Origin: Dictyostelium discoideum
Taxonomy: Eukaryota
NCBI GenBank assembly: GCA_000004695.1
Contig: CM000152.2
Coordinates: 3,744,001-3,808,000, forward strand
Direction of reading: 5' to 3'
DNA: 64,000 bases
This document shows positions 1 to 12,318 of this stretch, piece after piece. A model generated the notes under the pieces. The model did no database searches. It saw only the letters and a list, made by a program, of their open reading frames with translations, and had not been told where the DNA came from. Each line of letters opens with the position of its first letter. The first letter of the stretch is position 1. Both the position numbers and the translations under genes were made by a program.

Positions 1-77
1 AAAAAAAAAAAAAAAAAAATATCCTTGAATGGAAATTAATTTATTGTTAAAATTTTTTTATTTATTGTATTCTTTTG

Positions 78-2888
78 TTATTTTGATTTTAATATTTTCA
101 TTTTTAAAGAATTTTTATCTTTTGCAGAGAAATCAATAAAATCTATTAATAGATTTGATAATTCAAAATTTGATGAATTTATTGATTTGACAACTATATC
201 ATTTAATAATTTTGAATCAAATAATGATGATTGATTTGATTTAGTTTGAATTTTTAATAAATATTTACTGTTTTGATCGGATGATATTATGTTTTTAAAT
301 ATTTGAGTGTAGCCTTTTTTAGATGCAATACAGAGACAATTATAAAGATAATTGATTGTATTATTATTTAGATTTTCAATAAAATAATTGATAAATAATT
401 CAAGGTAATAACTTGACGATATACCATATATACAATATTCATTTGTAAAAATTGAAAAATAATCAGGATTAAATAAAACCTCTGGTAATTTATCAAAAAG
501 ATAAATAATATCATCAACTCTATCTAAATTGTAAAGACAAACTAATAACATTCTGATTGAAATTGTAAAATTGAATGATTCTGTTTTACCAATAGTTAAA
601 CATCCAACATCTTTACTCTTTTTAGGTGATAAAAGATTTGCTGTGGTTGTTGTAGTTGTGGCTGTCAATGTAGTTGTGAGTTCAATTTTACTTTTAATTT
701 CTTCAAAGTTTTTATTATCAGTTTTTAAATTAATTACTTTTAACTTTGTTTCAATTGATTCTTTTGAAATATTATTAAATAAAAACTTGATAAAAGTTAA
801 CATTTTGCCTTTATATGGATTAAAACTAGATTCAAAAAATTTCAAATCCAATGGATGTTTTAATTGTGCATTTGATAAAAAGTTAATAATTGAATTTTCT
901 TTGTTATCTTTTATATTCAAATCAACTAGCCCTTCAAAAACAATATCAAAATAACCATCAAAACCAATTGAATATACCGATGGTTTTAAAATTGCTCTAT
1001 TTAATCGATCTAAAAAATTTTGATCAAACCAAGGAGTAAAATCTAATTTGCATCTTTTCCCAATACTATCCATTAAATATTCATAATGTTCAATAAGTTC
1101 TAATTGAATTTGTTTCCAAATTTCATTTTGATCATCAAATAATAAAGATTCGTCTCTGTAATTTTGAAAATAAAAGTCTAATATTTCTTTTTTATCGATA
1201 AGATTACAATAATTGCCTATTAATTTACCAATGTTAGGATATCTAGTTATTTTTTGTATTTTATTAGGTTGTTGCATTAATATTTTTAAAAAATAATCTA
1301 TTAGCTCTATATCATTACTTGAAAATACTGCTTTAAAAAATATATAATGATCATATTCTTTAAAAGTTTTCACATATTTATTATCTAAAACATTTGATAT
1401 TAATTCGAATTTTTCATTTTTTTCAATGTTTATATCTTTTAATATGCTTTGAAAAAATAATTGATGATCAAAACTTCTACCATTCCATTTATTGACAACA
1501 CGCTCATACATTTTATCTACACTTTCTTTTTTAAAATTTAAATAATAGAGTAATGGTTTTCTAAAAAACATTTCAGTTGCAGAATTGACTGTGCAATAGA
1601 AAAATAAACAAATTGATTTATAATATTTTTTAATAATTTCTTTTAAATTAATATTATTACTTGCTGTAGATGTTATTGTTAAATTGGGTGTTGAGGTTGA
1701 GGTTGAGGTTGGAGTGGTATGATTTAATAGATTTTTAATTGTTGAATTTAATTGATCATTTGTAAATTGTGATGTTTGTATTTCATTTAATTCTAAAATT
1801 ATTTGATTTAATTTTTCATAATACTTTATATTACTAGGATGTATTTTGATTTTTTCTTTTTGTTTTTGTTGTTCCATTCGTTCTTGTAAGTTTGTTGATT
1901 CTATTAATCTTTTATATGATTTTATTAGTTTTTTAAATTTATTATCGAATGAAAGAAATTTTGATAAATCGGTGCTAATGAATGGCAATAATGTATGTGA
2001 TGTTGGAAGACTATTAATTGATTTTAAGTAATTGTAAATTTTTAATTTATCATATGTAGTATTACCAAAAACCGATGGGTCAATATGAATTTTCATAACT
2101 TTTTTAATAACTTCTGAATCGATTTTAAAAAATTTAATAAATTGATCTAGTGCTGTAAAATTTACATGTCCAATCATTGCCTGAATCCATTTATCAATAT
2201 TTTCATCGAATTGAATAGTTGAAGAAGTTGATGTTGATGAATATCTTGAAAATAATAAATTATAAAATGATTTTGTTTTTTCATCATTTTTTTTAAATTT
2301 ATGAATAATATTGGCAATATTGATTTTATTTCTTATTATTTGATGATTATTATTACTTTTAATATTATCTATAATTATTTCCATTGAATTACTTGTGTCA
2401 TTTAAATAGGAACGATCACAACCTATTAAATCATAATAACCATATTGTTTATTTTTAAAATTTGAAAATATGTGTTTAAATATTACTATATTTCTAAAAA
2501 CTTTCCAAAAATAATTTTCAACTGGTTCAACATCTTTAAATGTTAATATATATTGTTTTTCTTGTGGTTGTGGTTGTTGTTGTTCCTCTTCTTTTTTTTC
2601 TTCTTGTTGATTGGTTTCATTATTTGTAAGATTGTTTTTTACTTTTTTTGATAAAAAATAACCTTCAATTCTATTATAGACTAATTGTTTTTTACCATTA
2701 CTTGCTAAACCTAATGATTTTGCAATTATTTGTAATTCTCTGTAATTTGTTGAACCACTGTCAAAATCTTTTTTAAACTTTTTATAAGTTAATAAACCAT
2801 TATCAATGCCATCACTATCATCATCATCATTGTCTTTTTCATGATGTCCATCAATAGTATCGATTTCTTTTCTTTTATTACTTATCAT
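78..2888 (-). CDS. SAP-domain protein, tandem paralog 1 (936 aa); Dictyostelium-type family of unknown function
   Basis: The 936-aa ORF is uninterrupted. Residues about 30-75 ([46 protein letters not shown]) fit the SAP motif. The protein is collinear with, and highly similar to, the ORFs at 3630..6581 and 7748..10420. The 3' flank (polyA plus ATCCTTGAATGGAAATTAATTTATT) is repeated after each copy. Confidence 0.7.
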   Translation of the reverse strand: MISNKRKEIDTIDGHHEKDNDDDDSDGIDNGLLTYKKFKKDFDSGSTNYRELQIIAKSLGLASNGKKQLVYNRIEGYFLSKKVKNNLTNNETNQQEEKKEEEQQQPQPQEKQYILTFKDVEPVENYFWKVFRNIVIFKHIFSNFKNKQYGYYDLIGCDRSYLNDTSNSMEIIIDNIKSNNNHQIIRNKINIANIIHKFKKNDEKTKSFYNLLFSRYSSTSTSSTIQFDENIDKWIQAMIGHVNFTALDQFIKFFKIDSEVIKKVMKIHIDPSVFGNTTYDKLKIYNYLKSINSLPTSHTLLPFISTDLSKFLSFDNKFKKLIKSYKRLIESTNLQERMEQQKQKEKIKIHPSNIKYYEKLNQIILELNEIQTSQFTNDQLNSTIKNLLNHTTPTSTSTSTPNLTITSTASNNINLKEIIKKYYKSICLFFYCTVNSATEMFFRKPLLYYLNFKKESVDKMYERVVNKWNGRSFDHQLFFQSILKDINIEKNEKFELISNVLDNKYVKTFKEYDHYIFFKAVFSSNDIELIDYFLKILMQQPNKIQKITRYPNIGKLIGNYCNLIDKKEILDFYFQNYRDESLLFDDQNEIWKQIQLELIEHYEYLMDSIGKRCKLDFTPWFDQNFLDRLNRAILKPSVYSIGFDGYFDIVFEGLVDLNIKDNKENSIINFLSNAQLKHPLDLKFFESSFNPYKGKMLTFIKFLFNNISKESIETKLKVINLKTDNKNFEEIKSKIELTTTLTATTTTTTANLLSPKKSKDVGCLTIGKTESFNFTISIRMLLVCLYNLDRVDDIIYLFDKLPEVLFNPDYFSIFTNEYCIYGISSSYYLELFINYFIENLNNNTINYLYNCLCIASKKGYTQIFKNIISSDQNSKYLLKIQTKSNQSSLFDSKLLNDIVVKSINSSNFELSNLLIDFIDFSAKDKNSLKMKILKSK

Positions 2889-3138
2889 TTTTATAATAAA
2901 AATAAAATAAAATTATTAATTGTTTGATTGATTTTGTAATTTTGAAAAAAAAAAAAAAAAAAAAAAAAAAGTGCGTATCAAATTCGGCAAACCTGTTTTT
3001 TTACGTTAGTTTTTTAAGCAAAATTTTTATTATTTTTTTTTAAAACATTTAATTTTAATTTTAATTTTTTTTTTTTTTTCTTTTGTCAGGTGCAACTATT
3101 CATTTTTTTTAAAAAAAAAATTGCTATGAGATGATCAG

Positions 3139-3180
3139 AGATTATCAGAAAGGATCAGAAAGGATTAGAAAGGATCAGAA
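3139..3180. repeat. tandem decamer repeat (GGATCAGAAA/GGATTAGAAA) x4
   Basis: The sequence ggatcagaaaggatcagaaaggattagaaaggatcagaaa is read directly. Confidence 0.8.
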
Positions 3181-3532
3181 AATTTTTTTTTTATATTGCA
3201 ACTTATAATTATTTATTTATTATTTATTTATTTTTTTTTTTTTTATTTTTTTTTTTATTTTAAATTTTTTTTTAATGTTTTTTTTATAAAATATTCAAAA
3301 TCTGTTAATTATTTTTTTTCTTTCAATCGAATTGGACTCAAAAAAAAAAAAAAAATTCAAAAAATAGAATGATTAACTGATTTTTTCATTTTTTTTTTTT
3401 TTTTTTCTGAATTTCGTTAATGAGCTCTATTTATATTTTTTTTTTTATTGGTTTTTTTTGATTTCTTTTTATAAAAAATCTATAAAAAATTCTTTCAAAA
3501 TCTGTTAATTATTTTTTTTTAACAACAATTCG

Positions 3533-3571
<39 letters not shown>

Positions 3572-3629
3572 AAAAAAAAACTTTGAATGGAAATTAATTT
3601 ATTATTAAATTTTTTATTGTATTCTTTTG

Positions 3630-6581
3630 TTATTTTGATTTTATTATTTTCATTTTTAAAGTATTTTTATCTTTTTCTGAGAAATCAATAAAATCTATTA
3701 ATAGATTTGATAATTCAAAATTTAATGAATTTATTGATTTGACAACTATATCATTTAATAATTTTGAACTAAATAATGATGATTGATTTGATTTAGTTCG
3801 AATTTTTAATAAATATTTACTATTATGATCGGATGATATTATGTTTTTAAATATTTGAGTGTAACCTTTTTTAGAAGCAATACAAAGACAATTATAAAGA
3901 TAATTGATTGTATTATTATTTAGATTTTCAATAAAATAATTGATAAATAATTCAAGGTAATAACTTGACGATATACCATACAAACAATGTTCTTTTGTAA
4001 AAATTGAAAAATAATCAGGATTAAATAAAACTTCTGGTAATTTATCAAAAAGATAAATAATATCATCAACTCTATCTAGTCTGTAAAGACAAACTAATAA
4101 TATTCTAATTGAAACTGTAAAATTGAATGATTCTGTTTGGCCAATAATGAAAAATCCAACATCTTCACCTTTTTTAGCTGATAAAAGATTTGTTGCGGTT
4201 GCTGTTGTTCCTGTTGTGGTTGTTGTTGTGGTAGTTGTTGTGGTTGTCAATGTGGTGGTGAGTACAATTTCACTATTAATTTCTTCAAAGTTTTTATTAT
4301 CAGTTTTTAAATTAATTACTTTTAACTTTGTTTCAATAGATTCTTTTGAAATATTATTAAATAAAAACTTGATAAAAGTTAACATTTTACTTTTATATCG
4401 ATTAAAACTAGATTCTAAAATTGGAGAAACATATAATGGATGTTTTAATTGTGCATTTGATAAAAAGTGAATAATTGAATTTTCTTTGGAGTCTTCCGTA
4501 TTCGAATCAATTAGCCCTTTGAAAATAAAATTAAAATTAAAATTAATAGTGCCACGAAAATCAAAATAGTATAAGAGTGGTTTTGCAATTGTTCTATTTA
4601 ATCGATCTAAAAATTTTGAACTATCAAACCAACGGAAAATATCAAAATTGCATCTGTTTCCAATACTACCCGTTAAATATTCATAATGTTCAATAAGTCC
4701 TAATTGAATTCGTTTCCAAGTTTGATTTTGATCATTAAATAATAAACATTCATCTCTGTAATTTTGAAAATAAAAGTCTAATATTTCTTTTTTATCGATA
4801 AAATGACAATAATCGCTTATTAAACTACCAATAACTGGGAAGGTAGTTGTTTCTGGTGTTTGATTGAGTTGTTGTTGCTTTAATATTTTTAAAAAATAAT
4901 CAATTAACTCTATATCATTACTTGAAAATACTGCTTCAAAAAATATATGAAGATCTTTTAATTTAAAAGTTTTCACATATTTATTATTTAAAACATTTGA
5001 TATTAATTCGAATTTTTCATTTTTTTCAATTTTTATATCTTTAAATATTCTTTGAAAAAATAATTTATGATCAAAATTACTACCATTCCATTTTTTGATA
5101 ACATGCTCATACATTTTATCTACCCTTTCTTTTTTAAAATATAAATAATAAAGTAATGGTTTTCTAAAAATAGTTTTATTTGCTGAATTAATTGTGAAAT
5201 AAATAAATAAATAAATTGATTTATAATATTTTTTAATAATTTCTTTTAAATTAATATTATTGTTGTTATTGTTAGTGCTGCTGTAATTACTTTCTGTAGA
5301 TATTATTGTGAGATTGGTTGTTTTTAATGATGTTGAGGTAGAGGTAGAGGTTGAGGTATATGTAGATGTAGAGGTTGAGGTTGAGGTTGAGGTTGAGGTT
5401 GGAGTGGTATGATTTAATAATTTTTTAATTGTTGAATTTAATTGATAATTTGTAAATTGTGATGTTTGTATTTCATTTAATTCTAATATTTTTTGATTTA
5501 ATTTTTCATAATACTTTTTATTAGGATGTATTTTAATTATTCCTTGTTTTTCTAGTTGTTCTTGTTGTTCTTGTAAGTTTGTTGATTCTATTAATCTTTT
5601 ATAAGATTTTATAAGTTTTTTAAATTTATTATCGAATGAAAGAAGTGTTGAAAAATTGATGCTAATAGTTGATAATAATGTATGTGATGTTGGAATACTA
5701 TTAATTGATTTTAAGTAATTGTAAATTTTTAATTTATCATATGTAGTATTACCAAAGAATGATGGATCAATATGAATTTTTATAGCTTTTTTAATAACTT
5801 CTGAATCGATTTTAAAAAATTTAATAAATTGATCTAGTGCTGTGTAATTTACATTTTCAATCATTCTTTGAATCCATATATCAATATTTCCATCGAATTG
5901 AATAGTTGAAGGTAGTTGTGTTGATGGTGAAGTTGATGTAGATGAATATCTTGAAAATAATAAATTATAAAATGATCTTGTTTTTTCATCGTTTTTTTTA
6001 AATTTATTAATAATGTCTATAATATTGCTTTCATTTCTTATTATTTGATGATTATAGCTTTTTATATTATCTATAATTATTTCCATTGAATTACTTTTTC
6101 CATTTAAAAGGATTTCATCACAACCTATTAAATCATAATAACTGTATTGTTTACTTTTAAAATTTGAAAATATGTGTTTAAATATTACTATATTTCTAAA
6201 TATTTTCCAAAAATAAATTTCAACTGGTTCAACATCTTTAAATGTTAATATATATTGTTTTTCTTGTGGTTGTGGTTGTTGTTGTTCTTTTTTTTTTTCT
6301 ACTTGTCGATTGGTTTCATTATTTGTAAGATTGTTTTTTACTTTTTTTGATAAAAAATAACCTTCAATTCTATTATAGACTAATTGTTTTTTACCATTAC
6401 TTGCTAAACCTAATGATTTTGCAATTATTTGTAATTCTCTGTAATTTGTTGAACCACTTTCAAAATCTTTTTTAAACTTTTTATATGTTAATAAACCATT
6501 ATCAATGCCATCACTATCATCATTATTTTTTTCATGATGTTCATTAATAGTATCGATTTCTTTTCTTTTATTACTTATCAT
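3630..6581 (-). CDS. SAP-domain protein, tandem paralog 2 (983 aa)
   Basis: The 983-aa ORF starts [12 protein letters not shown] like copy 1. It carries the same SAP-like block [29 protein letters not shown]. Its T/S-rich and T-rich low-complexity stretches are expanded relative to copy 1. Confidence 0.7.
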   Translation of the reverse strand: MISNKRKEIDTINEHHEKNNDDSDGIDNGLLTYKKFKKDFESGSTNYRELQIIAKSLGLASNGKKQLVYNRIEGYFLSKKVKNNLTNNETNRQVEKKKEQQQPQPQEKQYILTFKDVEPVEIYFWKIFRNIVIFKHIFSNFKSKQYSYYDLIGCDEILLNGKSNSMEIIIDNIKSYNHQIIRNESNIIDIINKFKKNDEKTRSFYNLLFSRYSSTSTSPSTQLPSTIQFDGNIDIWIQRMIENVNYTALDQFIKFFKIDSEVIKKAIKIHIDPSFFGNTTYDKLKIYNYLKSINSIPTSHTLLSTISINFSTLLSFDNKFKKLIKSYKRLIESTNLQEQQEQLEKQGIIKIHPNKKYYEKLNQKILELNEIQTSQFTNYQLNSTIKKLLNHTTPTSTSTSTSTSTSTYTSTSTSTSTSLKTTNLTIISTESNYSSTNNNNNNINLKEIIKKYYKSIYLFIYFTINSANKTIFRKPLLYYLYFKKERVDKMYEHVIKKWNGSNFDHKLFFQRIFKDIKIEKNEKFELISNVLNNKYVKTFKLKDLHIFFEAVFSSNDIELIDYFLKILKQQQLNQTPETTTFPVIGSLISDYCHFIDKKEILDFYFQNYRDECLLFNDQNQTWKRIQLGLIEHYEYLTGSIGNRCNFDIFRWFDSSKFLDRLNRTIAKPLLYYFDFRGTINFNFNFIFKGLIDSNTEDSKENSIIHFLSNAQLKHPLYVSPILESSFNRYKSKMLTFIKFLFNNISKESIETKLKVINLKTDNKNFEEINSEIVLTTTLTTTTTTTTTTTTGTTATATNLLSAKKGEDVGFFIIGQTESFNFTVSIRILLVCLYRLDRVDDIIYLFDKLPEVLFNPDYFSIFTKEHCLYGISSSYYLELFINYFIENLNNNTINYLYNCLCIASKKGYTQIFKNIISSDHNSKYLLKIRTKSNQSSLFSSKLLNDIVVKSINSLNFELSNLLIDFIDFSEKDKNTLKMKIIKSK

Positions 6582-6679
6582 TTTTGTTAGAAAAATAAAA
6601 TAAAATTTTTAATTGTTTGATTGGTTTCAAAATTATGGAAAAAAAAAAAAAAAAAAAAAGAGCCTTGTTGGATATTTTT

Positions 6680-6960
6680 TTTTTTTTATTTTGGTGTTAT
6701 GAAAAAGTTAATTAATTTTTGGGCAAGATATTATTTTTTTTTTTTGGTGTTGTGAAAAAATTAATGGTGTTTTTTTTATTTTTTTTTTATTTTGGTGTTA
6801 TGAAAAAATTAATTGATTTTTGGGCAAGACATTATTTTTTTTTTTTTTTTTTTTTTTTTTGGAGTTATGAAAAAATTAATAGCATTTTTTTTATTTTTTT
6901 TTTTTTTATTTTTTTTTTTTTTTTTCTTTTGGTGTTGTGGAAATATTAATTGATTTTCGG
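6680..6960. repeat. minisatellite, about 5 copies of an about 60-bp unit (TTTTGGTGTTATGAAAAAATTAAT...[23 protein letters not shown])
   Basis: The core ttggtgttatgaaaaa(a/g)ttaat recurs at about 6691, 6745, 6790, 6850 and 6930, separated by T-runs. It is absent from the equivalent spacer between copies 1 and 2. Confidence 0.7.
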
Positions 6961-7607
6961 GCCAGATATTAATTTTTTTCTAATTTTATTTCAGAAAACA
7001 CAAATTCAAAATGTAAAAATGTTTTTATTTTTTTTATTTTTTTTTTATTTTTTTTTCTTTTTTATTTTTTAATTTATATTTTTTTTCTACAACATAATGA
7101 AAATTGCCAACACAAAATTTTATTTGAAAAATGGCGTGTAATAAAATAATATTGTTGTCCGCATCTAAGATGCAATAAAAGATTTGTTAGCTTGAGAGAT
7201 TTAAACAACCTTTGTGATAATATACAATTATATATTTGTCTTTTGTGTGAATTTATAAATTATTTTTTAAAATGATATATTGATACATTTTTTCCTTTTT
7301 TCTTTTTGTTTTTTATTTTTGAAAGAATTTTTTATAGCTTTTGTAAAAAAAAAAAAAAAAATTTGTTTTGTTTTAATTTTTTATTACTAATAATAAAATT
7401 CAAAAATAAAAAATAATCAATTGTGCACTTAGTATTGAATGAACGCTTTTCCAAATCGCAATTATTATTATAGCTTCTTTCTATTGGGAATTGGCGATAT
7501 TTTTGGTCTGAGCAATTCAGAAGACTTGCCATTAGGATTACATGATTTTGTACTTGGTCCAACATATTCAAAATTATACGAGCATTTAATTTTATTAATA
7601 AAATTTA

Positions 7608-7660
<53 letters not shown>

Positions 7661-7747
7661 TATATATACACTGTAAATATATCCTAGATTTTCAAATATT
7701 TAAAAATGGAAATCAATTTATTATTAAAATTTTTTATTGTATTCTTG

Positions 7748-10420
7748 TTATTTTAATTTTAATATTTTCATTTTTAAAGTATTTTGACCGTTTGCTGAGA
7801 AATCAATAAAATCTATTAATAGATTTGACAATTCAAAATTTAATGAACTTATTGATTTATCAACTATGTCATTTAATAGTTTTGAATCAAATAATGATGA
7901 TTGATTTGATTCAGTTTGAATTTTTAATAAATATTTACTGTTTTGATCGGATGATATTATGTTTTTAAATATTTGAGTGTAACCTTTTTCAGATGCAATA
8001 CAAAGACAATGATAAAGATAATTGGTTGTATCATTTAGATTTGCAATAAAATAATTGATAAATAATTCAAGGTAATAACTTGACGATATACTATATATAC
8101 AATATTCTTTTGTAAAAATTGAAGAATAATAAGATTTTAAAAAAACTTCTGGTAATTTATCAAAAAGATAAATAATATCATCAACTCTATCTAGTTTGTA
8201 AAGACAAACTAATAACGTTGTAATTGAAATTGTAAAATTGAATGATTCTGTTTTACCAATAGTTAAACATCCAACATCTTCACTTTTTTTAGGTGATAAA
8301 AGATTTGTTGCGGTTGTCAATGTAGTGGTGAATTCAATTTTACTATATTTTTCTTCAAAGTTTTTATTATCAGTTTTTAAATTAATTACTTTTAACTTTG
8401 TTTCGATTGATTCTTTTGAAATATTATTAAATAAAAACTTGATTAAAGTTAACAATTTGGCTGCATATGGACTAAAACTAGATCCTAAAATTTCCAAATC
8501 CAATGGTTGTTTAAATTGTGCATTTGATAAAAAGTTAATAATTGAATTTTCTTTGTTGTTATTTATATTCGAATCAATTAACCATTTAAAATCACTACTA
8601 CTACCACCAAAATCAATAGAATATACCAATGGTTTCATAATTGCTCTATTTAATCGATCTAAGAAATTTAAATTTTTATACCAATAAATAAAATCTAATT
8701 TGCATCTGTTTCCAATACTACCCGTTAAATATTCATAATGTTCAATAAGTTCTAATTGAATATATTTGCAATTTTCATTTTGATCATTAAATAATAAACA
8801 TTCATCTCTGTAATTTTGAAAATAAAAGTCTAATATTTCTTTTTTATCGATAAGATGACAATAATCGCATATTAATTTACCAATGCTTGGATATTTTGTT
8901 ATTTCTGGTATTTGATTAAGTTGTAATTGTTTTATTTTTTTTAAAAAATAATCTATTAACTCTATATCATTACTTGAAAATACTGCTTTAAAAAATATAT
9001 AATGATCATATTCCCTAAAAGTTTTCACATATTTATTATCTAAAACATTTAATATTAATTCGAATTTTTCATTTTTTTCAATGTTTATATCTTTTAATAT
9101 GCTTTGAAAAAATAATTTATGATCGAAACTACTGCCATTCCATTTATTGACAACACGCTCATACATTTTATCTACACTTTCTTTTTTAAATTTTAAATAA
9201 TAAAATAATCCTTTTCTAAAAACCCCTTTATTTTCAGGTTTAACTGTAAAATAAAAAAATAAATAAATTGATTCATAATATTTTTTAATAATATCTTTTA
9301 AATTAATTTTATTGTTGCTGTTGATGTTGTTGTGATTGTGATTGTTATTGTTGTTGTAGTTGCTTTCTGTAGATATTATTGTAAGATTGGTTGTGGTTGT
9401 TGTTGTGGTTGTTGTTATTGAAGTTGAGGTTGGAGTGGTATGATTTAATAAATTTTTAATTGTTGAATTTAATTGATCATTTGTAAACTGTGATGTTTGT
9501 ATTTCATTTAATTCTAATATTTTTTGATTTAATTTTTCATAATACTTTTTATTATTAGGATGTATTTTCAATTTTCCTTGTTTTTCTTGTTGTTCTTGTT
9601 GTTCTTGTAAGTTTGTTGATTCTATTAATCTTTTATATGATTTTATAAATTTTTTAAATTTATTATCGAATGAAAGAAATATTTCTAAATCGGTATTAAT
9701 GAATGGTAGTAATTTATGTGATGTTGGAAGACTATTAATTGATTTTAAGTAATTGTAAATTTTTAATTTACCATATGTAGTATAACCAAAGAATGATGGT
9801 TTAATATGAATTTCCATAACTTTTTTAATAGCTTCTGAATCGATTTTAAAAAATTTAATAAATTGATCCAGTGCTGTACAATTTACATTTTTAATCATTC
9901 TTTGAATCCATTTATCAATATTTTCATCGAATCGAATAGTTGAAGATAGTTGTATTGGTGAAGTTGATCCTGACGAATATCTTGAAAATAATAAATTATA
10001 AAATGATCTTGTTTTTTCATCATTTTTTTTAAATGTATGAATAATGTCTATAATATTGCTTTCATTTCTTATTATTTGATGATTATTATTGCTTTTAATA
10101 TTATCTATAATTATTTCCATTGAATTAGTTCTGCCATTTAAAAAAAAGATTTCATCACAACCTATTAAATCATAATAACCATATTGTTTACTTTTAAAAT
10201 TTGAAAATATGTGTTTAAATATAAATATATTTCTAAAAACTTTCCAAAAATAAATTTCAACTGGTTCAACATCTTTAAATGATAATATACATTGTTTTTT
10301 TTGTTGTTGTTGTGGTTGTTCTTCTTTTTTTTTTTCTTGTTGATTGCCATTATCATGATTATAGTCTTTTTCATGATGTTCATTAATATTATCGATTTCT
10401 TTTCTTTTATTATTTACCAT
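7748..10420 (-). CDS. SAP-family tandem paralog 3 (about 890 aa), lacking the SAP segment
   Basis: The listed ORF 7748..10570 begins in poly-K translated from an A-run. The first ATG in a believable context gives [18 protein letters not shown], with cat at 10418-10420 on the plus strand. The protein is collinear with copies 1 and 2 except for an in-frame loss of about 65 residues that removes the SAP motif. Confidence 0.65.
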
Positions 10421-10823
10421 TTTTAAAAGAAAAGAAATTTTAGTTTGATTTTGTTTTAAAAAAAAAGCCTTGTCGAAAGTTATTGTTTTTTTATTGTAAA
10501 CGGTGCAAATTCGAACTTTCAAAAGTTTTTTCAATTTTTTTTTTTTATTCATTTTTTTTTTTTTTTTCATTTTCTTTTTTTCCCCACCGATAATAATAAC
10601 GGATAATAACTTTTAATATATTAATTACAACCTTTATACTACAGTTTTTTTTTTTGTCTACTAAAATCATTGATGATTTTAAAACAATAGCTTTCAACTA
10701 TTGTAAAGGGTGTGACCCTCCAGTCTCGGGTGATCATGATATCGAAAAAAAAAAAAATTCATTACAATCTTTTGTGTAAACTCTCATCTTAAAGCGAACA
10801 AACAAACCACAAGTTTATAAAGT

Positions 10824-12240
10824 TTAAATAAAATTGGAAATAGTATTTGTAGTGGTGTTGAATAGAGAAAACAGTAGAAAAGCTAATTCGCATCTTTTTC
10901 CAATACTACCCATTAAATATTCATAATGTTTAATAAGTCCTAATTGAATATTTTTCCAATTTTGATTTTGATCATTAAATAATAAACATTCATCTCTGTA
11001 ATTTTGAAAATAAAAGTCTAATATTTCTTTTTTATCAACAAGACGACAATAATCTCCTATTATTTTTAGTCTTTGATTATTAAGTTGTTGTTGTTGTAAT
11101 TGCTTTATTTTTTTAAAAAAACAATCAAATAAATCTACATCATTACTTGAAAATATAAAAAATATATATAAAAATATATAAAAAAAAATGATTATCACTA
11201 ACTTGCAATGGTTTCCATTTGATTTTATCAAAACAATTTGATATTATTCTAATCTCTCATTTTTTTCAATGTTTATATCTTTTAATATGCCTTGAAAAAA
11301 TGATTGATGATCAAAATAAATACCATTCCATTTATTGATAACACCTTGATACATTTTATCTACCCTTTCTTTTCTAAAATAAATAATAGTATATTGGCTT
11401 TCTAATATATCTTTTATATAATTGAACTGTGCAATTAAAAAATAAACAAATTGATTTAATATATTTTTTAATAATATTAATTTTGTTGTTGTTTTCTTCT
11501 GTAGTTATTGCCGTTGAAGTCGAGGTTGAGTTTGGGGTTGAGGTTGAAGTTGTAGTGGTAAGTTATATAATAAATTTTAATTGTTGAATTTAATTGATCA
11601 TTTGTAAATTGTGATGTTTGTATTTCATTTAATTCTAAAATTATTTGATTTAATTTTTCATAATACTTTTTATTATTAGGATGCATTTTTAAATTTTCTT
11701 CTTGTTTTTGTTGTTCTTGTTCTTGTAAGTTTGTTGATTCTATTAATCTTTCATATGATTTTATAAGTTTTTTAAATTTATTGTCGAATGAAAGGAATCC
11801 TTGTAAATCTGCATTAATGAATGGTAATAATATATGTGATGTTGGAAGACTATTAATTGATTTTAAGTAATTATAAATTTTTAATTTGTCATATTTAGAA
11901 CTACTATAGAAAAAAGGATTAATATGAGTTTCTATAACTATTTTAATATCTTCTGAATTGATATTAATAAAATTAATAAATTGATCTAGTGCTATGCAAT
12001 TTACACTTTCAATCATTCTTTTAATCCATATATCAATATTTTCATTGAATCGAATAGTTGAGGATAGTTGTGTTGATGGTGAAGTTGATGTTGATTAATA
12101 TCTTGAAAATAATAAATTATAAAATGATCTTGTTTTTTCATCATTTTTTTTAAATTTAATAAAAATGTTGATAATATTTCTTTCATTTCTTATTATTTGA
12201 TGATTATTATTACTTTTAATATTATCTATAATTATTTCAA
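10824..12240 (-). pseudogene. decayed, truncated fourth copy of the SAP-family gene
   Basis: ORF fragments 10824..11231 ([51 protein letters not shown]) and 11477..12016 (ALDQFINF...[23 protein letters not shown]...[30 protein letters not shown]) match the middle of the paralogs in different frames. A further collinear stretch runs to about 12240. The C-terminal roughly 300 codons and the N-terminus are missing. Confidence 0.6.
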
Positions 12241-12318
12241 ATTACAAAAAAAAAAAAAAAAAAAAAAAAATAATAAAAAAATAAAATAAAATAAATAAAA
12301 GACAATTTTATTATTATT

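Noticed and set aside
571-954. Plus-strand ORFs antisense to the SAP-family paralogs (571..954, 4123..4470, 8238..8687) and to other genes (17821..18297, 23953..24249, 29294..29802)
   Set aside because: Each lies wholly inside a longer, better-supported CDS on the other strand. Each is V/L-rich from reading T/S-rich codons backwards.
6719-6949. Listed ORFs made of F/K/L/I runs (for example 6719..6949, 7439..7687, 22183..22437, 31073..31276, 33667..33876, 40902..41297, 45524..45895, 52934..53655)
   Set aside because: They are translations of poly(T)/poly(A) and (AAT)n tracts in intergenic DNA. They have no start context and no complexity, and they overlap one another on both strands.
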